Below are positions 1 through 59,900 of a DNA stretch of 64,000 nucleotides, in pieces. The stretch is from contig OX597841.1 in NCBI GenBank assembly GCA_951406725.2, positions 9,672,001 through 9,736,000 of the forward strand, given 5' to 3'. Under the pieces are notes generated by a model, which was given only the letters and a program-made list of their open reading frames with translations, was not told the origin of the DNA and ran no database searches. The translations under genes were made by a program, and so were the position numbers. Source of the DNA: Octopus vulgaris (Eukaryota). Position 1 is the first letter of the stretch. Every line of letters starts with the position of its first letter.

Positions 1-309
1 GTGTGTGTGTATAAATATACTGACATGTATGCCTATTGTCATTGACCTCTTTTATAACCTCTCACCCCTTTAACACTCATGTCACCCCTTTCCCTCTCTG
101 CCACTAATCTGTCCTAATCTCTCTTGCTCTTGCCATTACTTATCTCTCATCCACTCCTCCCTCCTAACAATCTCACCCTAATCTGCTGGGGGTGTCACTA
201 AGGATGACAGTGGTTCTCTCTTTTCTGTTTGTCAGGCATTTCAATTACTTTGCCGTGTGGCACATTGCTGTACTTGAGAAGAGACCTGTCCACCACACTT
301 GAAATGATC

Positions 310-525
310 TCCTAAAACCAAAGGGCCACATAAAAAGCATTGGTGATGGGGCCATGTAAAAGCACCCAGTACATTCTGTAAAGTGGTTGGTGTTCGGAAG
401 GGCATTCAGCTGTAGAAACCAACCCCAAACAGGCCATGGAACCTGGTTCAGCCCCTGGCTTTACATCTGCTATTGGACTGTCCAACCCATTCCACAATGG
501 AAAATGGAGGTTACATGATAATGGG

Positions 526-583
<58 letters not shown>

Positions 584-590
584 GGTGATT
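310..590 (+). mobile_element. RTE-type LINE 3'-end fragment with (GAT)n(GGT)n tail
   Basis: Same aaaagcacccagtac...gaagggcatccagctgtagaaacc...ccaacccatg motif as the 3' end of the RTE at 4305-5127. Confidence 0.7.
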
Positions 591-1683
591 GCTTTTACTG
601 TTGTTCTTGTTTACCATACAGCTGTATTCTGTCCCTCTGCCTATTGCTCATCTCTCATCCCCCCCCTGTCACTCAGTCCCCCTCTCAACCCATATTGTAC
701 CCAGCTTCAATGTGAACTGAAGATGGTAGCAGCCTTCCCTTTTGTTCGCTCAGCACTGGCATCCAGTAACTGCACCTGTTTGGACCTTCTGCTCCACCTC
801 TCATTCCCCTGGGCCACTTCCTGGTACCAGATCCGATTATTTTCCATCCACCATACCATCAGCCTCATTAGTCAACCCTCCAACCCATCTACCTGTCACC
901 CCTTGTACCCAGTTCGCTCTACCTTCACCTCCCTTTTTCTACTGCCCACTGGCCTCTGTCTTCCTTTGGTCTTCTTTTTACCCCTTGGGCCACATAGGCT
1001 TGCATCACCTCCCTGCCAGCTCCCTCATATTACCTTCAATCTTTGTACCCAGCTTACGATACTATCTACTCCTGCCACTCCCTTAACTCGCATCCCGGGC
1101 ATCACAATCACTCGAGCATCTCACTCTGTATAGAAGCAAATGAGTGCGGGGAGGGGAGGTGGTTGTGAGTTTGGTCATGGGTGTGGACAGGCGGTTGTGT
1201 TCGTGGAGGGGCAGTTGCGAGTACAGGCAGGGTCCTTAGTACCAGATTCAATCACAAGGCTTCAGATCATTATAAAATTTATTTGAAATGTGGATAAGTA
1301 AATAATTGAAGCTGATTATGTATAACACCTGTGTGCTATCATCATCACCATCATCATCATTGTCATCATTTTAATATCCTGTTTTCCGTTGTTTTGTGGG
1401 TTAGAATTTGTTCAGGTGGATTTTTCTACGGCCAAATACTGTTTCTGTTGCCGACGCTCACCTGTCTGGGCAAGGTAATAATACACTAGTTTGTCAATCA
1501 ACCGACAACTGAGACTGTTATGAAGTCTTCTTTGTTTACAATGATCGGGTAACATGTGAAGACATGTCAAAAAGCCTGGACTGCAAGCATGCTTCACTGA
1601 CCGTATTGGTAGCAAAGCTGTTTACAGTCAACAGAGACAGCAAGAAATACCAAATCACCCACACAAACACAAACACACATGTA

Positions 1684-2111
1684 CAGCTCATTGTTGACTT
1701 ACGACCACAATTGTTTCCGACTGACCGGTCATAAGTCGGCCCATGGGCCTACATAGCTTTGTTTTATATTTTTACATTCCTAAGGGACATTCGCAGGTAG
1801 AAGTCACACACAGCATTCTGTATTGTACTATTATACTGGCATTAGTCAAAAATTTCAGTCTCAAGCAATCGTCTTATAAACAAACACGAGGTTGCCTCGA
1901 TGTCTCCGCGACAGGATTTTCATTCAACACTTGGGATAACCACAGTAGCGATCAATAACCAAACCTAGGAGAGGCATTTATTAGCTAACACCATCTGTAG
2001 ACAGGTTATTTCTAAGAAATTAAACCCATTGGACTATTTATTATTGTTGGCGTACTAATTGTCATAAAGTCAATCTGTCGTAAGTCAGAAAGGTCATAAG
2101 TCGATGACCTG
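1684..2111. mobile_element. Tigger/pogo-like MITE
   Basis: Ends TA-cagctcattgttgacttacgacc and ggtcataagtcgatgacctg-TA are imperfect inverted repeats; internal gtc(a/g)taagtc subrepeats. Confidence 0.7.
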
Positions 2112-2599
2112 TATGCATGTTTTCTCTTTACCATTCTGGTACTGTCACGTTGTCAGGGATCACAAAGACTGTTGAGTGTTGTTGAGGCCATAACAACCTC
2201 ATTAGTGTTGGTGCCATGATATAAAAATGAACCCAGGACCCTGTGTAAAGTAGCTAATGTTAGAAAGGGCACGTAGCCTTAGAAGCCATGCCAGATATAG
2301 AATGTATGAGAGAGGTGTGTTCCTCCATTAGGTGAAGAGGATAATTTGAAATATTTTTGTAGAGTCTACTTCTGAGATGGCATCTGTGTCTGGTGTCTTT
2401 TCCATAACACTTAAGCTTTTAAACCGGCCATGTCTGGGCCCAGTTATTCTACCTGCTTTTTGTTCAAACTGGTCAGACCTGGCTTCTTGCAACCACCTTG
2501 CAAAAACCTTCTAAAACCATACAATCACACCATCAGAATCCGAAAGCGAAGAGATAAGGTTTGATTAATTGGAAACAATCTTATAATAATTCTTCAAAA

Positions 2600-2950
2600 G
2601 GCACAGGAGTGGCTTTGTGGTAAGTAGCTTGCTTACCAACCACATGGTTCTGAGTTCAGTCCCATTGCATGGCACCTTGGGCAAGTGTCTTCTACTATAG
2701 CCTCAGGCTGACCAAGGCCTGAGTGGATTTGGTAGATGAAAGCTAAAAGAAACTCATTGTATATATGTGTGTGTGTCTGTTTGGCCCCACCAAGATCACT
2801 TGACAACCAATAGTGGTGTGTTTAAGTACCCATAACTTAGCAGTTCAGCAAAAGAGACTGATAGAATAAGTATTAGGCTTACTAGGAATAAGTCCTTGGG
2901 TTGATTTGTTCAACTAAAGGCAGTGCTCCAGCATGGCTGAAACAAATAAA
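2600..2950 (+). mobile_element. tRNA-derived SINE, CORE-like family (many copies in window)
   Basis: A-box ggctttgtgg, B-box agttcagtccc, and ccttgggcaagt resembling the CORE domain. Further copies at about 3540-3930(-), 4015-4175(+), 8588-8745(+), 10060-10220(-), 28225-28370(-), 37070-37215(-), 48646-48990(+), 51389-51760(+). Confidence 0.85.
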
Positions 2951-4304
2951 AGAATGTCACTCTGTTTCTCAGCCTGTCCATAATGCTTCCACGGGATTAG
3001 CTGAAGGGGATGAGAGGAGAGGAAGGAGAGATGGTGGGGAGTGAAGTGTGTAATTATTTTGTTTTTTTGAACTAACACACACACAACACAGGCTATGCTT
3101 TCCGACTTATTGGATAAAGCTTTCAGGAATAACCCAATAAGTTCGCTGTTAATTCCATGAAACATTCACAGGTTCCACTAGTGTGAATCAATAGGTATTA
3201 TGCTAAATGGTTAATTGTGGCTTTCACTGCGTTTCGCTTGTTATATGCTCCAGCCATCTTCAGGTGTCTTGTGTTGACCTCTGTTGTATTAGAATTTTGG
3301 ACCTAATCCTTTATTTGATCCACAATGGTACACTTTTTTCATTCCACTCAGCTTTCATGGCATAAGAATTCCCCCTCCTGTCGCAGGATTAACTCATTTT
3401 TGCCAGCTGAGTGGACTGGAGCAACATGGAATGAAGTGTCTTGCTCAAGGACACAATGCATTGCTCGGTCCAGGAACTGAAACCACAATTGGTCTTCAAA
3501 GACCAGATGTAGCTGGCCAACTTAGTCGCTTTTCTATATATTCTTTTATTTGTTTTAGTCATTTGACTGCGGCCATGCTGGAGCACTACTTTTGATAGAA
3601 CAAATCGATCCCAGAACTTATTCTTTGTAAGCTGACTACTTATTCTATCAGTCTCTTTTGCCAAACCGCTAAGTTACGGGTGCATAAACACCAACATTGG
3701 TTGTCAAGCAATGGTGGGGGGGGGGGGACAAACACAGACACACAAACATATTCATATATATGTATATACGATGAACTTCTTTCAGTTTCCATTTTTTAAA
3801 TCTATTCACAAGGTTTTGGTCGACCCAAAGCTATAGTGGAAGACTTGCCCAAGGTGCCATGCAGTGGGACTGAGCCCGGAACCACATGGTTGGTAAGCAA
3901 GCTTCTTACCACACAGCCATGACTGTGCCAAATGTATGTGTATATACAGGAAACCTCTTTCAAGAATCCTAACTTTCTTCAAAATTGTTAGTTTTTATTT
4001 TTGCCTCACTTTTAAGGTAAATAATGTAAGAAGCTTGCTTCCCAACCACACAGTTCCAAGTTCAGTCCCACTGCATGGCACCTTGGGCAAGTGTCTTCTT
4101 CTGTAGCCTCGAGCTGACCAAAGCCTTGTGAGTGGATTTGGTAGACGGAAACTGAAAGAAGCCCGTCGTGTATATCCGCTATATCAGAAATCTGCAATGG
4201 CTCCCTAACTACCGTCTCAGCTATAATCTTGGAGCCCTAGTAATCCATCACACCACTTACCTGGCGTACCTAATCGTTTAGATCACCTGTGAACTAAACT
4301 GTAT

Positions 4305-5127
4305 GGTGCATGTGTGCGAACTGCCATGCTACATGGCAATGAAACATGGGCCATGGCTGCTGAGGACATGCGTAGGCTTGAAAGAAATGAAGCTAGTATG
4401 ATCCGCTAGATGTGTAATGTCAGTGTGTCTACATGACAGAGTGTGAGTGCCCTGAGAGAAAAGTTGGACCTAAGAAGCATCAAATGTGGAGAGCAAGAGA
4501 GATGACTGCACTGGTGTGGTCATGTGCGACGTATGGATGAGGACAGCTGTGTGAGGAAGCGCCACACCCTAACTGTGGAAGGAACCTGTGGAAGAATAGA
4601 CCCAGGAAGACATGGGATGAGGTGCTGAAGGATGACCTTTGAGTTTTGGGGCTCACAGAGGCAGTGACAGGAGGCCGAGGCCTTTGGAGATATGCTGTGA
4701 TTAAGAAGACCCAGCAACTAAAGTGAGATCGCAGCCATGGCCGATGCCAGTGTTGCATGTCTGGCCCATTTAAGAGTACCCCTGATGTGTCAGGTGATAC
4801 GATATGCTTGAAAAGACCTGTTGAGTCAAGTAAAACCAAAATTGCAGCTGTGGTCAGTGCTTCCTGACTGGCTCCCATGTTGGTGGCACATAAAAAGCAC
4901 TATCTGAATGTTTTTGTGGCCAGGCCTGCCTGACTGACTCCTGTGCTGGTGGCATGTAAAAAGCATCCACTACACTCTCAGAGTGGTTGGCATTAGGAAG
5001 GGCATCCAGCTGTAGAAACCCTGCCAGACTAGAATGGAGCCTGGTGCAGCTGCTGGCTCTCCAGACCTCAGTCAAACCGTCCAACCCATGCCAGCATGGA
5101 AAACAGACGTTAAACGATGATGATGAT
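4305..5127 (+). mobile_element. 5'-truncated RTE-clade LINE (RT C-terminus, 3'UTR, (GAT)n tail)
   Basis: Degenerate MLHGNETW...RLERNEASM...LREKL...LHWCGHVRRMDEDSCV, the RTE 'RLRWxGHVxR' motif. Confidence 0.85.
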
Positions 5128-5198
5128 ATATTTGTGTGTGTCTGAGTTTGTCCCCACCCCCAACAACCGCTTGACAACCGGTGTCGGTGTGTTTGCAT

Positions 5199-5438
5199 CA
5201 GGGCTGTGGAATCAAAACAAAAACCCTCGATTCCGACTCCTCTACCATTGGCACCTCTGACTCTGACTCTTCTTTATGTAATCAAGTGATTGTGGTCTAC
5301 ACATCTCATAAAGCACATGCATACGCTTGTACTTTGAGTCGGCCTATAGGTTACAACTGGTTTATATTAAGGAATAAAGACATTGTGAATCAGGATTGGA
5401 GTCAGTATAGTTTTACTGACTCCGACTCCACAGCCCTG
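5199..5438. mobile_element. MITE nested inside a SINE
   Basis: TIRs cagggctgtgga / tccacagccctg; gactcc subterminal repeats; flanking duplication gtgtttgcat / gtgtttacat. Confidence 0.8.
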
Positions 5439-5799
5439 GTGTTTACATCCCTCTAACTTAGCAGTTTGGCAAAAGAGAATGATAGAATAAGTATATTAGG
5501 TTTACAAAGAATAAGTCCTGGGGTCAATTTGCTAAACTAAAACCCCTTCGAGGTGGTGCTCCAGCATGGCCACAGTCAAATGACTGAAACAACTAATTAG
5601 CAGCCTCAAGTGAGTTCATGCAATGCTTATCAAACAGACTGGTCTCCTTTTACATATTATTAAAGCAATTAGGATAATCTTAATCTCACAGAGTCGTTAG
5701 TAAAGATAGAACAGTGTAAAGCTCATAACGCATCTGGTTTCATATGAAGTTCAACCCCAAAGTGTAATATAACTTGTGATGTTTATTTAAAAGATTTGT

Positions 5800-6481
5800 T
5801 GGGCTTGCGGGCCTCACAGAGGCAATGACAAGTGACTGAGGCCCTTGGCTATATGGCATGCTTGAGAAGACCTGTGAAGCCAAGTGAGCTCATAGTTGTG
5901 GCTGATAGCAGTGTCACGTAACTGACATGTAAAAAGCAAAATGCGCTGTGCTTGGGACGGCCTTTCAAGCCACGGGAGATTGTAGTTGTTGGCTGATGAC
6001 AGTACCGTCTGCACCATTCGAGCATTGGGCCTCACGGAGGCAGTGATGGGACCGAGACCTTTGCCAATACACCGTGCTTGTGAAGATCTGTCAAGCCAAG
6101 TGAGATCGTCGTTGTGGCTGATGCCAGTGCCATCTGACTGGCTCCAGTGCTGGTGGCACGTAAAAGGCACTGCTTACGCATTGGACCCCACTGAGGCAGT
6201 GACAGGTGACTGAGACCTTGGGTGATACACTGTGCTTGTGAAAACCTGTCGGGCCAATTGAGATCGTAGTCATGGATGATGCCAGTGTTACATAACTGGC
6301 ACCTGTGGCATGGAAAAAGCACCCATTACACTCTTGGAGTGACTGGCATCAGGAAGGGCATCCCTCTGTAGAGCCCATACCAAATTAGATTGGAACCTGG
6401 TGCAGCTCCCCAGCTTATCAGTTTTCATTCATACCGTCCAGCCCATGCCAGCATGGAAAGCAGACCCTAAATGATGATGAT
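5800..6481 (+). mobile_element. RTE 3' end present as about 3 tandem partial copies, ending in (GAT)n
   Basis: Recurring gaggcartgac...gagaccttg...tgcttg(a/t)gaa block near 5820, 6037 and 6193. Confidence 0.7.
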
Positions 6482-6830
6482 GTGATCCTTAATAGGGACC
6501 ATAACGTCAAGTCTTGTATTTGTTCTTGCTTTGACTCATGACTTAAAAATCATCAGAATTTGAAACCACTTAAAAATGTATCTGTTTAGAGCTTGAGAAT
6601 GGATTCCTGGATAAATTTTTGCTTGGAAGAAATCCCCGGAATTATTAAGCAGTTTTCATTTTCCAAAATATTAAGTTAATTGTGACTGTCCATGAAATGG
6701 CTATTCCTTTAAGTCACTGTGGTAGGCTTGAAACGTTAAAGACTTTTTCACTTCCCGAGCATTATACTAATACATCTATTTGTTGTCTACACCCACCTGT
6801 CTTCATCTTTTTTTATTTTGTGAATTCTCC

Positions 6831-6869
<39 letters not shown>

Positions 6870-8302
6870 CATGAAAAAGATATGAATTCTGTAGACAAGG
6901 GCAGAACCGTACTGGAAGAGTATTTTTCATCAGGGACAAATGAACCTTGAAAGAGGGGCCTTGCAAGTCTACCAGATAGACAGAAGAGCTTTGTAGAAAA
7001 TGAAGGAGAGTATATTTCAAATTAAAAAAGAACTTTGCCTTAATTTTGAAAAGTAAAAAAGTATAAAGAAACCCCATTATTTCTGGGACGATCCAGTTAG
7101 CAGTTAGGCCTTAAAATGAGCTCTATGAAGACAAAATATATGCAGTTGGAAGATGTACTAAAAAGGTGAATAGAGGTGGGAAGTGATGAAATTGAGGGGG
7201 TAAAAGGAGTACACTTAGGGCACACAGTGACTAGGGGCTGAGATATGGAAGCTGAAATTTCAAAGATTATGGGGTGGTGGTGCTGGATGGAAGGTGTTTA
7301 ACTCAATAACGAAGGATAAAACTCAATTTGAATTCGTTTATATTAATTACTAGGTTAAAAGCTGCACTCCATTTGGACTTTTAAACTAGCTCCTGCAGAG
7401 GGCTAATTGGACCCGCAGCCCCAAACTAATGAGAGCTTGAAATAGCATGACTATAATATGTCTGTAATGAATGTATGCCCCGGTGGTGTTTGACCAGTAG
7501 CTAAAGATGGATGAGAATTGATCCCGTAATGCGATCATTCTATTGTTCCAGTTCTAACTGTAGCCTGATTTCTCCCAAAGTTCTTATCTCGACATAAAAC
7601 TAATGAAACAAATGTCCCCGCTTGATCTCTGATGTCATCTGACAAATGTCCAGCAAATGGCCAGAATCAGCCTAGCTTTACCTGTTAGAAATAGCAAGCC
7701 AAATGCTTTTGAATCAGATCCCAATGCTGGGTGTTCAAGAACCATATGAAAGGCAGATTTTCAATCCCAGGACCATCCTGATTCCAAAAAAGGATATAAA
7801 ATTTCTATATAGAGCAAATATAGACCAAGATACAGGGGTCCCAGATGGACAGAATTTCGCTTTTATTAATATAGATTTATCTTAATTATATAATTTTAGA
7901 ATTGTTATAGTTATTGCTGATAAAACAGCTGTTTCGTAATGATATATCTGTGAAATTTATGCCAGAATGCCTCACAGCGGGACTTGAACCCCAAATCACA
8001 CAAACTTCTTAACCAAACATCCCTTCTGGCTTCTGTCTATATACCTGGAGGTGAAAGACATGTGTGCCTCTGTATATAAGGATATATCTGAATCTCAACA
8101 GTGTGTGTGTATACATATATATATATATATATGCACATGTATACATGCATCTGTCTGAATGTGTAGGTGTGTGTATAAACAGGTGCATATATTTGTATGT
8201 GTGTAAACATGTATGTGTATAGAATCATGGATGTGTGTGTGCATGTGTACATAAATGTGTATGTATATGTGTATAAGTGTGTGTGTGTTGTGTATATATA
8301 GG

Positions 8303-8334
<32 letters not shown>

Positions 8335-8829
8335 AGCATGTATGTATTTGTGTTTATGTATGAATATATGGAGAGTAGGAGGAAGAGGAGGAAAAAGTCC
8401 AGCTGAATTGTCATTACTACCCCCACGCCCCGCATATGTGTATATGTGTGGTGTATATATATATGTGTGTGTATATGTGTGGTGTATATATGTACATTGT
8501 GTGCCTGTCATGTGAAATTTCATAGTCTGCTGAAAGTAGGTCAACTTGTATTTCTCGTCAGTGTGTGTGTATAGATATATATATCCAGGCGTAGCCGTGT
8601 GGTGAGAATTTTGCTCCCCAACCATGTAGTTCTAGGTTCAAACCCATGGCGCAGCACCTTGGCTAGGTGACTTCTACTGTGGCCTTGGGCCAACCAGAGT
8701 CTTCTGAGTGCATTAGATTGGAAACTGAAAGAAGCCCGTCGTATATGTGTGTGTATGCATGCATGTGTGCTTTGGTTGACCTGAGGCTATAGTAGAAGAC
8801 ACCTACCAAAGGTGCCATAGACATACATA

Positions 8830-8931
8830 TAAATATATGTATTATATGTGTGTATAGATATATATATATGTGTGTGTATTATATATATATGTATATATAT
8901 ATATATTTATATGTGTATATGTTATATTATA

Positions 8932-8962
<31 letters not shown>

Positions 8963-8967
8963 GTATT

Positions 8968-9019
<52 letters not shown>

Positions 9020-9031
9020 TTATATTATGTG

Positions 9032-9073
<42 letters not shown>

Positions 9074-9112
9074 TTATGTGTATATATAAATATGTATTTA
9101 CATAGATATATA
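8830..9112. repeat. (TA)n/(TG)n low-complexity tract
   Basis: Direct reading. Confidence 0.9.
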
Positions 9113-10596
9113 TGATGGGCTTCTTACAGTCTCCATCTACCAAATCATCTCACAAGTCTTTGGCTGGTCCAATGTGAGGCGCAGCGGGATTGAACCTGAA
9201 TGGGGTTGGAAAGGATATGGCCCGGTGGTTAGGCTGCTGTATGCATGACATGAGATTGTGGGTTCGATCCTCGACTCAGGTGGCATGTCCCTGAACAGAA
9301 CCCTTCATTTCACATTGCTCTGGAGCCATGTGGGGACTGACATGTCAAAGCATAGACCCAGCATTTCCTCTGCTTATCATAAAAGCTGATTAATAGAGGA
9401 TGAGGCTGGATTTGTACTCTGACTTTGTAAAACCCTCAACAGCAACAACTTCCCAAACAGACCCATGCGTTTGGAAGGTTGTCACCCGAGTGCTGCATGA
9501 GTTGTAAGGAGTCACCAACAGATGGCAGGTGCAGTGAGACGCTGTCAAGGCACTGACCCCCATTTCTTAAACTAATACGACTATTGTTTATTCTTTTATT
9601 TGTTTCAGTTGTGAGACTGTGGCCATGCTGGGGCACTGCCTTGAAGTCTTTTAGTCAAACAAATTGGCACCAGGACTTACTCCTTAAAGCCTACTACTTA
9701 TACTTTTGCCAAACTGTTAAGTTACAGGGACATAAATATGCCGACACCGGTTGTTAAGCTGTGTTGGTGGGGGGGGGGTTGGAAGCACAGACGTAGACAC
9801 ATAGATATATACTTACATATACATACATACGCACTGGCGTATGGTGATTATTGTATTGGATGTGCTGCCACACCCAGTGCCACCAAATTTCAAGCAGGAG
9901 CTTAACAAAAGTTTTCCGTTAAGATTTGTGATTAAATTAACGAGTAAGGTCAATATTTTATAATGAATTTTCCACTGTCGACAGGTGTTCAGTGCACACC
10001 TGGCACACCTGCAATATACGTCCTTGATATACATACATACATACACACACATATGTGCGTGACAGGCTTCTTTCAGTTTCCATCTACCAAATCCACTCAC
10101 AAGGCTTTGGTCAACCCAAGGCTATAGTAGAAGACACTTCCCCAAGGTGCCAGACAGTGGGACTGAACCTGGTACCTTGTGGTTGGGAAGTAAGCTTTTT
10201 ACCACACAGCCACCCCTGCACCTATCAGCTTTATATCTCGTTTGTATTGTTGTGATGGCAGGCTTGGAAAGTCCGACTCTTCATTCAGCTTCCCATTTCA
10301 TTTCTGTTACTTTTTTTGGTTTTGTTTTTCTCTACTCTGCCTTATTCTTTACCTCCCCCTCCCTCTCTCTCCCCTCTCCCCTCTCTCTCTCTCTCTCCTC
10401 TCTCCTCCTTCTTCAAATATTCTTTTCAATCATTTCACTGTTGTTGCTTTTCTTTTTCCTTCAAATTTCATTTTCACTTCCTTGTTTGTCTATTTATAAA
10501 TATCTGTCTGTGTCAGCGGCTGTCATTTGCCAGGGAACAACACACTTCATTTCATGTAACTCTAAAACACACGAGAATCAATTACCACCACCACCG

Positions 10597-10635
<39 letters not shown>

Positions 10636-10639
10636 TTGA

Positions 10640-11087
10640 TTTAGAGAGTAGTGCAAGCCATCAAAGTGACACTGGGGTAAAATATACAAAGCCCAGTATA
10701 CCCATCATGACCACCCGACTGATAGGGGTACATCAGGCACATGCATCACAACCATATGTGCGCGACATGGTGATCTCATATCAAGATAAACAGCACTTGA
10801 CCTTGCAGGTGGGGCCCAGTTAGAGTTTTCTTCTGGTTGAGTATCCAATCCTGCTCAAAAGGTCCCTGAATAAGGTTTGTTTCAAAGATGATGAGCAAAA
10901 TACCCATGTTTCCACAGGTGAATTATTCAAACCCCAAAGAATTCCTCTCAACACATGGCTATGATACCCCCCGCCCCAGTACTTCTGCTCATGATCAGAG
11001 ATGCACATATCGTCAGCCACCAAGGGGCATGCTCAACTAGTTACAGTCAAGTAACTGACAAGCAAGTCTGTGGTATTGAGCAGATAT
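10640..11087 (-). mobile_element. Probable non-autonomous retro-element sitting between (CTA)n and (ATT)n arrays
   Basis: Non-coding ~450-nt island bounded by trinucleotide arrays on both sides; strand inferred from an HDV-like fold (see findings). Confidence 0.4.
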
Positions 11088-13780
<2,693 letters not shown>

Positions 13781-13784
13781 TTAT

Positions 13785-14003
13785 ACACTCAACAGCTTAG
13801 ACTGTTGGAAAAGAAAAGAATCCTAACATCGTGCTCCAACAAGTTGCCTGAAATGCCAAGAACCCCCCTAAAGTATTACAACAAGTAACCTTAGATGCCA
13901 AGAACCCTCCTAAGTATCCTAGCTGTCCCTGTTTTTTGCAGCTGTATGAAACTGGGTTTTATGCCTATTTCCTCTATCCTTCTGCTCAGATCTTTAGGGA
14001 TCA
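13785..14003 (-). mobile_element. 3' fragment of an RLE-type non-LTR retrotransposon (R4/Dong-like)
   Basis: PKDLSRRIEEIGIKPSFIQLQKTGTARILRRVLGI* resembles the 'LQK..LGTARILRKVL' terminus of R4/Dong-type ORFs; the 3' end abuts (TAA)n. Confidence 0.7.
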
Positions 14004-14117
14004 TCACCATCATCATCATCATCATCACCATCATCATCATAATCATCATCATCATCATCATCATCATTATTATTATGATTATTATTATTATTATTATTAT
14101 CATTATTCTTTTTCCAG

Positions 14118-57943
<43,826 letters not shown>

Positions 57944-58519
57944 CATTCATTCAATATAGGAAACACTTTTACTACAAACTCGTTGTTGTTCTTCTTCTTT
58001 TTTCTCTTGCCTTTTTTTTTTTTTTTTGTTTAATTCGATTCCTCTGACTCTTGAGATTTTTATTCATTTATATATACACCCACACGCACACATATGTATA
58101 TATGCATGCGTATGTATGCATTCTCTCTCTCTCTCTCTGTATATATATATATGTATGTGTGTGTGTGTGTGTGTGTGTATCTATGTATATATGTAGTGAG
58201 TGGAGGAACATGGCTCAGTGGGTAAGGTATTCAGTTAATGATCAGAAGCTCATGAGTTCAATCTTCACTGGCACGTCCTTGAGCAAGACACTTTATTTCA
58301 CATTGGCAAAAATGAGTTGTACTCACAATTCAAAATGGCCAGCCTTGTCACATTCTGTGTCACTCTGAACTTTGCTGATAACTGTGTTAAGAGTAAACAT
58401 GTCAGTGGTGCACTCAGCCACTCGCAAACACCTACAATAAGCCTAAAATGTGGTTGTCAGTGAATGTTGGGGGTGAGAACATAGATTGTTCAAGTGAAAC
58501 ATTAATCATTAGCTAGTTT

Positions 58520-58800
58520 TATGCGTCAGTCAGAAGAATGTGGTTGTTTTACTCGTAAGGTAAGGAATAAAGTATAATGAGTTATTGGTGATTGAGATGG
58601 AACACAACTGACTGTTTGTAAAACTATGAACATAAAACAGGTAAGTATATATGGGTTAAGGAACAATGTTTCTTCCATTGAAAAGCACTTAGGGAAATGC
58701 CACACTCAAGACGTCCAGGTTTCCATTGAAATTACAGAAAGAAATATTGGGAACCCGAGAATAAAAGAAGCTATTTTAATTAACAAGTACAACCCTCATA
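58520..58800 (+). mobile_element. Penelope-type GIY-YIG C-terminal remnant
   Basis: SSIEKHLGKC...RIKEAILINKYNP. Confidence 0.6.
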
Positions 58801-59199
58801 TTGGTTTCAAATTTTGGCACAAGGCCAGCAATTTCTGAGGAGGTCATAAGTCAATTACATCGACCCCAAAGATTTACCAAAGAATTTTGTAAATTCAACT
58901 ACTTTTTACGCATACATACACACACACATATATAATTATATATAAATGCTTTAAATATTCCTTTTAATGCCAAAACAATTCAAGTTAATAGATTAAGAAT
59001 ACATCTTTTCTCTGTAAATTCCCTGAAGAAGGGCTCCCAACAATGAAACATTGAAATATCAGGTAATAATGCTAGCAGTCGACCTGTATCGTTTGATTTT
59101 TTAAGAACATTTCACTGTTTTAGCTTTTAAAGAATACTTAAAACATATCACACAATGCTTCATATTATATCTATTGCTGCTCCCTTGAGAGAGATATGA

Positions 59200-59900
59200 T
59201 ATGACATGATGGTATTCCCCGTTGGCTTTCACATATGAGTATCCAACAACCTACATTTTCTTTGTCAGTCATAATACTTATGTCAAATGTCACATTTGTG
59301 CCCCACCAAAGAATTGCAAAAAAGTTTGCAGATGTGGCAAATACTAAGATTATGGGTCAGTGCAGGCAGGATATTTGCAGCCACTTTTCTCCTTTGCCTT
59401 GCATTCCTTCGTCTGTTTTATGCTCGTTGAAGCAAAGTCTCTTATACAATTTTCACATGACAATCTCCATTTCTTTTTTACTCCAAAGCTGTGTCCTCAA
59501 AGGCGTTGTGAGTTATCTCCACAACTGAGAAGTTACTCTTCAGCTTCTCCTTATATCTGAGCCATGGTCGACCAACATTCTGTGCCACTATCTCAGCTGG
59601 CTGTAAATGAAAACCTTGGGTATTCTTTCGTCATTCATTTTGAGGATATGCCCAGCCCAGCACAACTGCGAATGCTTAAGGAGGCTCTCGATTCTACCAA
59701 TCTTACACTTGCTAAACAAATCAACATTATATATCTCTATACATCTGCCAACACCTTACAAGCAACAACATGCCAATTCAAACCGAACATATTTAGTGAG
59801 GTATCTTCTTTAAAACAAGACACCTGATAAGATGCATCTGCGCCAGGGGATGCAACACAACCGGTTGTAAAGTATGTTACTTCTGTGGTGATTCAGGTCA
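59200..59900 (-). mobile_element. Decayed RTE-BovB-like LINE 3' end
   Basis: QLCWAGHILKMNDERIPKVFIYSQL and terminal CHICKLFCNSLVGH. Confidence 0.7.

Noticed and set aside
7480-7500. GGVFD resembling the TOS region
   Set aside because: Immediately followed by Q and a stop codon, with no suitable donor.
8037-9143. Numerous YI/CV/HT-rich ORFs (also near 47400-48500, 55000 and 60200)
   Set aside because: These are translations of (TA)n, (TG)n and (CA)n microsatellites.
9522-9575. ATG GCA GGT as a possible S6K start (MAG...)
   Set aside because: It continues MAGAVRRCQ to a stop, with no FDIDL-type TOS motif.
59020-59055. CTGAAGA...GAAAC near a GIY-YIG remnant
   Set aside because: No convincing stem II or stem I; at most a heavily decayed relic.
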